From contig CAITSA010000027.1 in NCBI GenBank assembly GCA_903894955.1, positions 1-54,044 on the forward strand: 54,044 bases of DNA. The letters run 5' to 3'. Made by a program: the position numbers and the translations under genes. The notes beneath the pieces were generated by a model, which was given only the letters and a program-made list of their open reading frames with translations, was not told the origin of the DNA and did no database searches. Source of the stretch: an uncultured bacterium. GTDB taxonomy: Bacteria > Patescibacteriota > Minisyncoccia > Phycocordibacterales > UBA9973. This document shows positions 1 through 8,998 of the stretch, one piece after another. Each line of letters begins with the position of its first letter. The first letter of the stretch is position 1.

Positions 1-343
1 ATCTTCTCGACGCTCGCACGCTTTCATTTTCTCCAAAAAAATCTTGGGAAATCCTTTTGAATGCTTGGGATTTTAATTCTCCCGCCACATTTACGCGCGA
101 AGCGCGCGATGCATTTTTGGGATGCTCTACTAACTGGCTCCCTCTATACGACAAACTCCGAACTTATTTTCAAAACAATACTGAAAGCTAATGTGTACGC
201 TCGACGTTTTTCTTAATTTTAATATTTCCACTACGCTCGGCTAATGTACTAATTCAAATGAACTCGGAAAATGGAAACAAAAGTTTTGGGGATTAGGATT
301 TTCATTTTCCTCGGCTGTATCTTTTGGCGAGATTTCAAATTCT

Positions 344-376
344 GCCCGCAAGAGGGGTTTGGGGAGGAATGCGGGC
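344..376. terminator. GC-rich hairpin immediately beyond the last gene of the R-M operon
   Basis: GCCCGCA (344-350) pairs with TGCGGGC (370-376). On the + strand it is followed by TTTATTTA. On the - strand it lies 6 nt after the DUF45 stop but has no clean T-tract. Confidence 0.35.
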
Positions 377-381
377 TTTAT

Positions 382-942
382 TTATCTTATATGCTTCCTT
401 AACATCTTACTTACCTGATTAAGATTCGGAATTTGAAGTTTCACTAAATCCCAGAATTTCTTTGAATGGTTAAATTCTTTTAAATGGCATAATTCATGAA
501 CGATCAGATAATCTTGTAGTTCTTTCGGAAGAAAGATAATTTTATAGTTAAAATTAAGATTTCCTTTTTTAGAACAACTACCCCAGCGTGTCTTTTGATT
601 TTTAATAGATATTTTGTTGTAATGAAATTTATAAAATTGATTAAAATACTCAACTCTGTTTTTAACTAATTCAAGAGATATATCTTTATTTTTTATATAC
701 TCTCTTTTTGTACCCTTAAAAACAGCAATATTTTGTTTTAAATTAAAAAAATCAATTTTTTCCTTAATCCAACTAATTTTATTTTCAATAACAGATAAAA
801 TTCGTGAAAAAAGGACATTTTCCGGATACACTGCCACGACTGAACCATCACAATATACTGCTATGCGCATACGCTTAGCTTTTTTACTTTTTTTGATATC
901 AACAGTTATGTTTTGATTTTTTATTAAAAGTTTTCTTTTCAT
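382..942 (-). CDS. DUF45/YgjP-like HExxH zinc metallopeptidase, terminal gene of the type I R-M operon
   Basis: 186-aa ORF. WGSCSKKGNLNFNYKIIFLP...LIVHELCHLKEFNHSKKFW matches the DUF45/YgjP signature with HExxH. The start lies 2 nt after the hsdR stop. Confidence 0.75.
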   Translation of the reverse strand: MKRKLLIKNQNITVDIKKSKKAKRMRIAVYCDGSVVAVYPENVLFSRILSVIENKISWIKEKIDFFNLKQNIAVFKGTKREYIKNKDISLELVKNRVEYFNQFYKFHYNKISIKNQKTRWGSCSKKGNLNFNYKIIFLPKELQDYLIVHELCHLKEFNHSKKFWDLVKLQIPNLNQVSKMLRKHIR

Positions 943-944
943 AA

Positions 945-3863
945 TTAAAACTTCTTAAGAATTACATCAATTAATCTGTTTAAATACTTTTGAAAATCAC
1001 GAACCATTAGACTGTCTTTATATTCTTGTAAGAGCATTTGTTGAACCTGTCTCTTTATGTCTTTTAGAAAATCTTCTCTGCGAGCTGTGTCTTGCCAGCC
1101 TTCGTCAAGCAAATCGTTTAAATATAGAGCTAAATCAATTGAAAATTGCTTTAGCGAATCTTTTTCAATTTCTCTGACATATCCTTCTTCTTTGGAAAGA
1201 GAATAGAGCGCAAATTGTTCCATATTGAGACCTAAATCTTTTGCTTCAAGATCAACTTTCTTAATATCTCCTGCCAAGTTATATAGTTTTTTTAATGTCT
1301 CTTGTAGTGTCGTCTGTCGTTTTTCAAACTCTGTTTTAATAATCATTAATCTTTCAGAAAACTTTTTAAATATCGGACTAGTGTCTAGGTTTATTGAGAT
1401 TTCATAATTCAAAGCTCGTTCAAGCATTCTAGCTTTGTCTTCATCCTGATCTTTGTATTTTTCAAGTTCTGCGAACTGGTCAAGCCGAACCGGAGTATAA
1501 TTTTTTGTGATTCCTTCAAAATCTACCTTAGATTGAATAATTCCTTTTAGTTTTGAACCATATTCAGAAAGTAGAGCGTAAACATCTCTAGTGTCGACTT
1601 CAAATTCTTTTTTAAATGCTATATAAAAACAAGCAAACCATTCTATCTGTCTTGTAAACGGCAAGAGATATGGGTCTGGAGAAATTATTTCATAAAAGAG
1701 TTTCAATTTATTCCATCCTTCTTTAAAATCTTCTTGTTTTTCAGGATTATCTCTAAAAATTTCAAAACATTTTCGCAAGTTTTCCATTGACGGATTTTCT
1801 GTATTTATTCCTTTGAAAATACTATCTACTTTTTCAAAGCTGGTTTCAAATTCTTTTTTAATAGAATTCATATCTATCATTGATTCCGCTATCTCGTCTT
1901 CGTCAAAATCCAACGCATCTTTTAAATTTTTAGTGATTCCATAATAATCAATTATCAAACCATTTGATTTTTGCGGATATGTTCTATTTGTACGAGCTAT
2001 CGCCTGCAAAAGGTTGTGATGTTGCAGTGGCTTATCTATATACATCGCTTGTTCAACTGGAGCATCAAAACCAGTCAAAAGCATATCGCACACAAGCAAA
2101 AATTTAAGCGGTTGATTTTTATCTTTGAATTTCTTTATAACATCTTTTATTTCGTTCTTAGTTTTATTGTATTTACTAAGTTCTTCTGTGTCGGTATTTA
2201 CTTCACCCGGAGAATAAATAACCTCCGAATATTCTTTCGGCATTATTTGGTCAAAAATTTCTTTATATCTAGCTGTTGTCTCTCGATCATAGCAAACGAC
2301 TTGAGCCTTAAACCCCGCAGGGGCAACATAGGTATTGTAATGCTCATAGATATCTCTAGCCACAGCTTGCATTCTTTTTTCTAGTTTAGTAAAGGCTTGT
2401 TTTCTGCTGTATTTTTTAGAAAGTAAATCTTTTTGTTCTACTGACAAATCACTTGTCGACAAGTCAAACTGTGCGTCAACTTCTTTCTCGTCTATAGAAA
2501 ATTTTGATAGTCTTGCCTCGTACACCACCGGAACCGTCGCATTGTCTTCTATTGCTTGTTTTATTGAATAATAATCAAGATATCTCTCTGGGTTACCAGA
2601 AGTCAAAAGACCAAATTCTTCGTGTGTTTTAGATATAGGAGTACCGGTAAAGCCTATCATACTAGCGTTTGGTAAAGAATGTCTTAGATATATTCCTAGG
2701 CTTCCATATTGAGTACGGTGCGCTTCATCAATTAAAACAATAATGTTTGAAGCCTCATTTTTTATATCTTTAATATTTTCATCAAACTTGTGAACTGTTG
2801 AAATAAAAATCCCAGCTTCCGGAGAACTGACGACTTTGAGTAATTGTTCCCTTGATGTCACACGTTCAACATTTTCTCCTCCGCAGTTTATGAAAGTCTC
2901 AAAAATCTGATCGTCCAAATCAACTCTATCTACGAGTATAAAAATTTTAGGATTTTCTAAAAGTTTTTCATAGCGTAATTTCCACGCTGTGAAAAACATC
3001 GTCAAACTCTTTCCAGACCCTTGAGTGTGCCAAACAAGCCCTCTCTTATGCTTGCCTTCTTTTATTCGTTCAAAAATTTTATTAGTTGCTCGAAATTGCT
3101 GATATCGCGCGATTTTTTTTACCAAACCATCATCTGTGGCTTCAAAAACTATAAAATTTTGAATAATATCTAATAAATTACGTCCAGCCAAAAGCGCAAC
3201 AAGAGTGCTTTCCAGTTTTCCCTTATATTCTTCTTCAATTTCCTTATCTTTCCATTCTAGAAAACCTTGCTCCGGTGAATATGTTGTTCCATATACAGTT
3301 TTAATTCCATCTGTGGCTATATTAAAACAATTAGGAATAAAAAGACTTTTAGCATTTCGCTCATAACGCTTTATCTGCCCTATGGCAATAAAATAATCAA
3401 CTTGTTCGGAAGCTGTCGGGCTTTTTGCCTCAATATCAATTATCGGGATTCCGTTCAAGAAAATTAAAATATCTGGTCTAATATTTTCAGCATTTCCGGC
3501 AAAATAAAATTGATTAGTAACGACAAAATGATTGCTATCTACATTATCAAAATCCACAATCTTATAATTTTTTGTCTTACGAGTTTCAGAATCAATCAAG
3601 TCAACGCCATTTCTCATTAGCTCCAAAAATTCCTTATTGGTTTCAATTCCACGAATTATCTGAACAATATTCCTCATTTCACCGCTTTCAACTTTGCCAT
3701 TAATCCGGCGAATAGCATCCTGCAAAAGTGGTTCGGCAATATACTCATTCTCGTAATGTCGCAATTTATCAAAAATCTCCGGCTTAATGTATTCAAAACC
3801 AAGTTCTTTTTGAATAAATGTAATAATGTGATTTTCTATTGTATATTGTTCGTTGAATTTCAT
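945..3863 (-). CDS. hsdR: Type I restriction enzyme R subunit (nuclease-helicase)
   Basis: 972-aa ORF with an N-terminal D...ExK nuclease region (RPDILIFLNGIPIIDIEAK). SF2 motifs: HTQGSGKSLTM (Walker A), VLIDEAHRTQYG (DEAH), GFTGTP and LQAIARTNR. Confidence 0.93.
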   Translation of the reverse strand: MKFNEQYTIENHIITFIQKELGFEYIKPEIFDKLRHYENEYIAEPLLQDAIRRINGKVESGEMRNIVQIIRGIETNKEFLELMRNGVDLIDSETRKTKNYKIVDFDNVDSNHFVVTNQFYFAGNAENIRPDILIFLNGIPIIDIEAKSPTASEQVDYFIAIGQIKRYERNAKSLFIPNCFNIATDGIKTVYGTTYSPEQGFLEWKDKEIEEEYKGKLESTLVALLAGRNLLDIIQNFIVFEATDDGLVKKIARYQQFRATNKIFERIKEGKHKRGLVWHTQGSGKSLTMFFTAWKLRYEKLLENPKIFILVDRVDLDDQIFETFINCGGENVERVTSREQLLKVVSSPEAGIFISTVHKFDENIKDIKNEASNIIVLIDEAHRTQYGSLGIYLRHSLPNASMIGFTGTPISKTHEEFGLLTSGNPERYLDYYSIKQAIEDNATVPVVYEARLSKFSIDEKEVDAQFDLSTSDLSVEQKDLLSKKYSRKQAFTKLEKRMQAVARDIYEHYNTYVAPAGFKAQVVCYDRETTARYKEIFDQIMPKEYSEVIYSPGEVNTDTEELSKYNKTKNEIKDVIKKFKDKNQPLKFLLVCDMLLTGFDAPVEQAMYIDKPLQHHNLLQAIARTNRTYPQKSNGLIIDYYGITKNLKDALDFDEDEIAESMIDMNSIKKEFETSFEKVDSIFKGINTENPSMENLRKCFEIFRDNPEKQEDFKEGWNKLKLFYEIISPDPYLLPFTRQIEWFACFYIAFKKEFEVDTRDVYALLSEYGSKLKGIIQSKVDFEGITKNYTPVRLDQFAELEKYKDQDEDKARMLERALNYEISINLDTSPIFKKFSERLMIIKTEFEKRQTTLQETLKKLYNLAGDIKKVDLEAKDLGLNMEQFALYSLSKEEGYVREIEKDSLKQFSIDLALYLNDLLDEGWQDTARREDFLKDIKRQVQQMLLQEYKDSLMVRDFQKYLNRLIDVILKKF

Positions 3864-4594
3864 ATCTTTTTTGATAGTTCGCTAATAATTACTTTTGCAA
3901 AGTCAAGAAACACACGCTTAAAATTCTCATACTCTTCTTTTTCTAATTTTATTTCTTCCTTATCTTTATATTTAGTTTTATAGGTAGTATCTCTTACTTG
4001 GTTCAAAAAACCATGATCAACTTTACTATTATTGTGAACAATAATATTTCTCAAGGCTTCTCCAAGAATCATTAAATCTTTTCCGGAATCTTCTAATTCG
4101 ATATTTATACTCAAATATTCTTCAAAAAATCTTAGTGTACTTTTTAAATCTTGAAAATTTACTTCACCCTTTAGCGAAGTCAAAACTAATTCACCAACAG
4201 TTGGAGCAGAGTATCTTAATAAAGTTACATCCACGGGTAATTTTTTCTTTGATTCTGGCCAAGTTATAATACTTGGATATTTATCTATTATATTTTTTAC
4301 CAAACTATTTAAAAAAGACTCAAAATTTTCAACAATTAACACCAATGCTTGATTGTGAATAATTTCATATTTCTTTTTTAAAGATTTATGCTCTTTTATA
4401 TTACGGATTGTTTCAATTGTAGTATTTAATTTGTTTTTATACTCAAGAAAAGCAGGCATATTCTCATACTTCTTTTCTAAACCTTCCAGAAGTGAAACAA
4501 CTAAATTACCCACATCATCACCAATATTTATAATTTGATCTATCATTTTTAGATTCTCCTCAAAATTTTCTTTTACAGAATTTAAGTTTTCCAT
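3860..4594 (-). CDS. Uncharacterised helical protein with HEPN-like R-x4-H motif, inserted between hsdS and hsdR
   Basis: 244-aa ORF with an ATGA overlap with hsdR and a 1-nt overlap with hsdS. GEALRNIIVHNNSKVD (nt 4031-4057) gives R-N-I-I-V-H in the C-terminal third. The family call is tentative. Confidence 0.5.
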   Translation of the reverse strand: MENLNSVKENFEENLKMIDQIINIGDDVGNLVVSLLEGLEKKYENMPAFLEYKNKLNTTIETIRNIKEHKSLKKKYEIIHNQALVLIVENFESFLNSLVKNIIDKYPSIITWPESKKKLPVDVTLLRYSAPTVGELVLTSLKGEVNFQDLKSTLRFFEEYLSINIELEDSGKDLMILGEALRNIIVHNNSKVDHGFLNQVRDTTYKTKYKDKEEIKLEKEEYENFKRVFLDFAKVIISELSKKI

Positions 4595-5736
4595 TATTTT
4601 ACTCTGACTTTTCCGTTCAAGAGATCCGACATTAATCCCTTTTTTAATTGGATAAGTTTTTCTTTTAACTTTTTGTTAACTGTAATTTTTTCATCTACAC
4701 TCGAAAGAATTTCTGTAATTTTTTCTTGTTCAGGTTTTTTGGGAACAGCAAAAATAGCTTGTTCCAAATATTTAAAATGACGATTATATCCTGTGTTTGG
4801 TATATCTAGTTTTAATAATGAATAAAATAAAAATTTAGGATCATTTTCTTTTTTTGCCCAAATTATTTTAGTTCCATCATTTCCTAATACATAAGGAAAA
4901 TCTATATATTTTAGTATTCTTGTGTGGTCACCAAAAATTATTGTGGGGATTTTTTCTTGAAGCAAATCATTGCTATCTGTGTATCCTGTAATAAAACTTT
5001 GTGCTTGGTCAATTATTGGATATCTCCCTTGTTCTTTGTAATCAGACTTTTTTAACCCTTGTAATTTAGAAGCAACGTCAAAACAATCATTAAATGATTT
5101 TACTTGCCAATTTTCTGGAATTTCTCCAAGTTTTGTTTTTTTGAATTTAGTATGTCCAATACCTTTTGTTAAAAGCTCTTGCATTAAACCTGACTTTATT
5201 TTTCCAGTTTCCTCAATAATTTTCTCCGTCTTTTCAATATCTTCATCCACCTTACTTAAAATTTCAGCAATTTTTTCTTGCTCAAGTTTTAATTTCGGCA
5301 AACAAACAGGTAATTCCATCAATACTTCTTTATTTAATTTTTTCCTAGTTCCACCAGTTGTGTAAATATCTAAATTTACCCAATTTAAATATTGTTCAAG
5401 GTAAATATTAGAAGATAATCCTTTTGCTTTTAAGACATGCGCATGATTATTTACCCAACTTTTACCTTTTACAATAAAAGACTTATTAACGAATGGTAAC
5501 CAATCAGCACCGTCCTCCCCAATAACAAGAATTTCTTCGTCAAAAATAAAATCACCAACATAATCAATAATTCCGGTTGCACCATAATAAGGAATATCCC
5601 CAGAAACTCTGTCAGATTTAGTAATAGGGATTCTTCTATTGTCTAAGTTGTTGCATAAATTAGAAAGTGGTAATATTTGCCACCCATCCGGAATATTTTT
5701 TTCTTTTAAATTAATCATTTTATATACTAAAAACAT
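4594..5736 (-). CDS. hsdS: Type I R-M specificity subunit
   Basis: 380-aa ORF with two target-recognition halves. Each half is followed by a conserved helical spacer (LEQEKIAEILSKVDEDIEKTEKII...LMQELLTKG and PEQEKITEILSSVDEKITVNKKL...LMSDLLNGK). An alternative start, MINLKEK at 5718, lies 1 nt after the upstream stop. Confidence 0.9.
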   Translation of the reverse strand: MFLVYKMINLKEKNIPDGWQILPLSNLCNNLDNRRIPITKSDRVSGDIPYYGATGIIDYVGDFIFDEEILVIGEDGADWLPFVNKSFIVKGKSWVNNHAHVLKAKGLSSNIYLEQYLNWVNLDIYTTGGTRKKLNKEVLMELPVCLPKLKLEQEKIAEILSKVDEDIEKTEKIIEETGKIKSGLMQELLTKGIGHTKFKKTKLGEIPENWQVKSFNDCFDVASKLQGLKKSDYKEQGRYPIIDQAQSFITGYTDSNDLLQEKIPTIIFGDHTRILKYIDFPYVLGNDGTKIIWAKKENDPKFLFYSLLKLDIPNTGYNRHFKYLEQAIFAVPKKPEQEKITEILSSVDEKITVNKKLKEKLIQLKKGLMSDLLNGKVRVK

Positions 5737-6571
5737 TATTGCCTATATCTTTACTACATTCATCACAATAACTATTGTGACCATAATTAGATGCTGATAA
5801 CCAGTTTCTTGTAAATTGCTTTCCGCATTTTATACACTTTTGAGATCCCAAAGATGCCAAGCGTATCCCATTATTAAGTTCTGCGGAAGTAACTATATTA
5901 ATAGGCTCACTCAACACACTTGACCCCCAAACAACACCATGGGTTGATTGAGAACGATCTTTTTTTATTTCCTTAATTTGTTTTTCTAAATCACTAATTT
6001 TTTTCTTTAATTCCTGTTCAATTTTCTCATCATTTGCAGAAGCTAACTCTTTTCTCTTTTCAAGAAGTTCAATCATCACAGATTGTGCTGCATCTTTATA
6101 TTTCTTTTCAATTTCAGCTTCTTTTTCACTTTTTTCTTTTAATTCTGGGACAATATCTATCCAATCTGCTAAACCAGAAGCAATATTGAGTTCAATTGTT
6201 GAAATATGCCTATTAATTTCTTCTAATATATTTTTACCCTCTGTTTTTTTAGTTTTTTTTAAAAAATCATCAACCCAAATTTTTACATTACAAAGCTGTG
6301 TACTAATACCTTGTAGATTACGAAGGGCAGATCTTCCTTTCTTTTCTAAAATATTTTGCCCGACTATTTTTTCATAATCATCCTTTACAAAACTTCCAGC
6401 AAAACCAGCAAAGAAGCTCCCGAGAACAGTAAGCAATGTTGAAAAAAGAGTATTGTCTTTAAAAAAGTATGCAAAAATCAAACTTAATACAGTAAAAAGA
6501 CTAAAAATAGCAGCCCCAGGACTAGAGGTAACGTTCCAAAATATTTTCCACTTTTCTTTTTGAGTTTTCAT
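5720..6571 (-). CDS. Uncharacterised 2-TM / coiled-coil / C-terminal zinc-ribbon protein inserted between hsdM and hsdS
   Basis: 283-aa ORF with two hydrophobic helices (AAIFSLFTVLSLIFAYFF, LLTVLGSFFAGFAGSF) and a long Lys/Glu heptad-like stretch. The C-terminus has CIKCGKQF...17 aa...CDECS (CxxC...CxxC). I recognise no family. Confidence 0.6.
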   Translation of the reverse strand: MKTQKEKWKIFWNVTSSPGAAIFSLFTVLSLIFAYFFKDNTLFSTLLTVLGSFFAGFAGSFVKDDYEKIVGQNILEKKGRSALRNLQGISTQLCNVKIWVDDFLKKTKKTEGKNILEEINRHISTIELNIASGLADWIDIVPELKEKSEKEAEIEKKYKDAAQSVMIELLEKRKELASANDEKIEQELKKKISDLEKQIKEIKKDRSQSTHGVVWGSSVLSEPINIVTSAELNNGIRLASLGSQKCIKCGKQFTRNWLSASNYGHNSYCDECSKDIGNNVFSI

Positions 6572-6575
6572 TTTT

Positions 6576-8273
6576 CTAATATTTTAATTCTTTTAAATAC
6601 CCCTCGACTTTTTTGTTAATTTCTTCTTTTTCTTTCTCAATTTGCTTTAATTCTTTCCACACGACTGAAACATCAATTTTTTCCTCTATTTCCGATGAGT
6701 CAATGTATCGGCGAACATTTAAGTTATAATCATTTTCTTTTATCTCTTCTGCACTGATTACTCGTGCATATTTATTTATATCCTTCCAGTTATCAAAAGC
6801 AGAAGCAATTTTTTCTATATCTTGGTTACGAAGCGAGTTTTGATTTTTTCCTTCTTGATAATCACGCTCGGCATCTATAAACAGAATTTTATTCTTGTGA
6901 TTTGCCGGTTTTGTTTTATTTAAGATTAACAAGGCTACAGGAATACCTACTCCGAAGAAAAGCTTGGAAGGCATAGCGATAACTGCTTCTATTAAGTCAT
7001 TTTTTAAAACTTGTTCACGAATTCTGCCAGAAGTGTCGGATTTAAAAAGCACGCCGTGGGGCACAACAATACCGGCTTTGCCATTTTCGTTTAAAGATTT
7101 AATGATGTGGAGAATAAAAGCATAATCAGCATTTTTCTTTGGTGGGAGTTCATATCCATCTGTGCGAGCGTGTTTATCATGCACAAAAGTGTCCCATTCC
7201 CATTCTTTTATAGAATAAGGGAAGTTTGCAACAACGTGGGAAAAAGTCTGCATTTTTCCAGCTTTGTCTAGAAATTGAGGGTCTGCAAGAGTATCTCCTC
7301 GGCGGATGTCGGTACTTTCAAGTCCGTGCAAGAACATATTTATTTTTGCAATTCCGAAAGTTCCAATTTCTATTTCTTGGCCAGACAAGTACATCTTGCG
7401 AGCTTCTTTATCACTAAATTTTTCACGAACATAATGATAAGCTTCAAGTAGAAAACCTCCCGAGCCACAGGTCGGATCATGGACATGACTTTTTGCATCC
7501 GGTTTTATTATTTTCATTATTACTCTTTCAATTTCTCTCGGACTGTAGAACTGGCCTCCTTTTTTGCCGGAGTCGGAAGCAAATTGCTTTATAAGATATT
7601 CATAAGCATCACCGAGAATATCAGAATTTATATAAGTGTTTCCAAAATTATATTTTGAAAAATGATTTACAAGACGTTGAAGTGTTTCATTGGGAAAACG
7701 GTCTTTGTCAGCAAAATTTAAATTATTAAAAATTTTATCAAGCTTTGGACTATTGGCGGTAGTTATTTTATCAAAAACATCATTAAACTTTGCGCCTATG
7801 TTGATAGCTTCTTTCTGAATCTCAGACCAACGACAATCTTTAGGAACTTGAAATTTATGATTGTAATCTGCGTGAGCAAGTTCTTCGTCGTGAAATTTTT
7901 CTAAAATACTTTCATATTCTTCATCCCAGACATCACTTATTCTTTTATAAAATAGAAGTCCGAAAATATAAGTCTTGTAATCTCCACTATCAATTTTCCC
8001 TCGGAGAATGTCTGCGCTTTTCCAAAGAAAAGATTTAAGAACTTCAAGCGACATTTTTTCTTCTTTCTCCGGTGCATCTTTGTCTAAATTCATAACAGGA
8101 TGGGCTAATCCTTTATCAACTATTTTATTTATGATATCTTGTGTATATCTTCGGTCTTGCCTTTTACCCACGCGTAGAGGTTTGATAAGACCCTGGTCTT
8201 CCCAATTACGGAGAGTATCTTCATGAACGCCTAAAATTTTCGCTGCTTCTTTTATTGAATAATTATTGGTCAT
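6576..8273 (-). CDS. hsdM: Type I R-M N6-adenine DNA methyltransferase subunit with fused N-terminal MerR/excisionase-type HTH
   Basis: 565-aa ORF with the SAM motif DPTCGSGGFLLEA and the catalytic motif VVANFPYS (NPPY-like). The first ~55 aa (YSIKEAAKILGVHEDTLRNWEDQGLIKPLRVGKRQDRRY) look like a MerR/excisionase HTH. Confidence 0.93.
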   Translation of the reverse strand: MTNNYSIKEAAKILGVHEDTLRNWEDQGLIKPLRVGKRQDRRYTQDIINKIVDKGLAHPVMNLDKDAPEKEEKMSLEVLKSFLWKSADILRGKIDSGDYKTYIFGLLFYKRISDVWDEEYESILEKFHDEELAHADYNHKFQVPKDCRWSEIQKEAINIGAKFNDVFDKITTANSPKLDKIFNNLNFADKDRFPNETLQRLVNHFSKYNFGNTYINSDILGDAYEYLIKQFASDSGKKGGQFYSPREIERVIMKIIKPDAKSHVHDPTCGSGGFLLEAYHYVREKFSDKEARKMYLSGQEIEIGTFGIAKINMFLHGLESTDIRRGDTLADPQFLDKAGKMQTFSHVVANFPYSIKEWEWDTFVHDKHARTDGYELPPKKNADYAFILHIIKSLNENGKAGIVVPHGVLFKSDTSGRIREQVLKNDLIEAVIAMPSKLFFGVGIPVALLILNKTKPANHKNKILFIDAERDYQEGKNQNSLRNQDIEKIASAFDNWKDINKYARVISAEEIKENDYNLNVRRYIDSSEIEEKIDVSVVWKELKQIEKEKEEINKKVEGYLKELKY

Positions 8274-8396
8274 AGGGGTAGTATATACCTATTCGTTTCA
8301 AATGTCAAGTGTATTACACTTTTTCCTAACTCTTCCTATGTTGCTAACCTAGGAATAGGTAAAAGTTAATAGTTTTATTAATATAAGGTATTTGCC

Positions 8397-8987
8397 TTGT
8401 TTAAATATATGCTACAATACCCATATATGTCCGACGAACCATTAAATAACGAGCAAATAGAGCCTTCTAGCCCATTACCCATAAATACAATGGGTTCTGA
8501 GCCTATTAATATGCCCCCTGAAGCCCCAGAATCCCCTAAAAACGCAGAGATACCCGTTTCCCTCAATAATGATAATCCAGAAAATGAGCCTATTTCCACC
8601 CCTAGCCCCGAGGAAGCCATCCCATTAGAATCAACGGATCTGCCAGCAAATCCTGCTTCAAACGGAACAAATGAACCCTTGGTTGAGCCAGTTTCCGAAA
8701 CCCGAACGGCTCAAGTACCAGTAAATGAGCCGTTGGTGAAAATATCTCTCGCTCGTGAACTTCTCGTTAAAGCTAGAAATATGATTCAATTTCGAAAAAG
8801 AAAGAAATTAGATCGTGTTATGACTTTGTTTTTGAAAAAATCTAAAATTACAAATGACGAAGTTAGAGAATTTTTGCACGTATCGGATGCAACGGCTGAA
8901 AGATATTTAAATGCTTTAGAAAAAGAAAATAAAATTAAACAAACCGGAAAAACTGGGCACTCGGTATTTTATCAAAAAGTAATATAA
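8397..8987 (+). CDS. Pro/Glu-rich protein with C-terminal winged-helix DNA-binding domain
   Basis: 196-aa ORF with a low-complexity N-terminal half. The C-terminus ITNDEVREFLHVSDATAERYLNALEKENKIKQTGKTGHSVFY looks like a DeoR/MarR-style wHTH. The true start is uncertain (Met at 8397, 8409 and 8427). Confidence 0.55.
   Translation: MFKYMLQYPYMSDEPLNNEQIEPSSPLPINTMGSEPINMPPEAPESPKNAEIPVSLNNDNPENEPISTPSPEEAIPLESTDLPANPASNGTNEPLVEPVSETRTAQVPVNEPLVKISLARELLVKARNMIQFRKRKKLDRVMTLFLKKSKITNDEVREFLHVSDATAERYLNALEKENKIKQTGKTGHSVFYQKVI
8702..8737. repeat. 36-nt hairpin-forming element inside the wHTH gene, inverted copy of 9777-9812
   Basis: ccgaacggctcaagtaccagtaaatgagccgttggt. The reverse complement of 9777-9812 matches at 34 of 36 positions by my manual alignment. 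Confidence 0.8.
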
Positions 8988-8998
8988 TTTATTTATTT

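Noticed and set aside
1225-2384. + strand ORFs of 60 and 137 aa inside hsdR, and similar ones inside hsdS, hsdM and ORF 5720-6571.
   Set aside because: They are antisense to genes with clear motifs, with hydrophobic or low-complexity translations typical of AT-rich shadow frames.
8378-8620. 80-aa minus-strand ORF opposite the Pro/Glu-rich N-terminus of ORF 8397-8987.
   Set aside because: It has a Gly/Ser-rich mirror-image composition of the sense ORF and no independent signals. The sense ORF ends in a recognisable wHTH.
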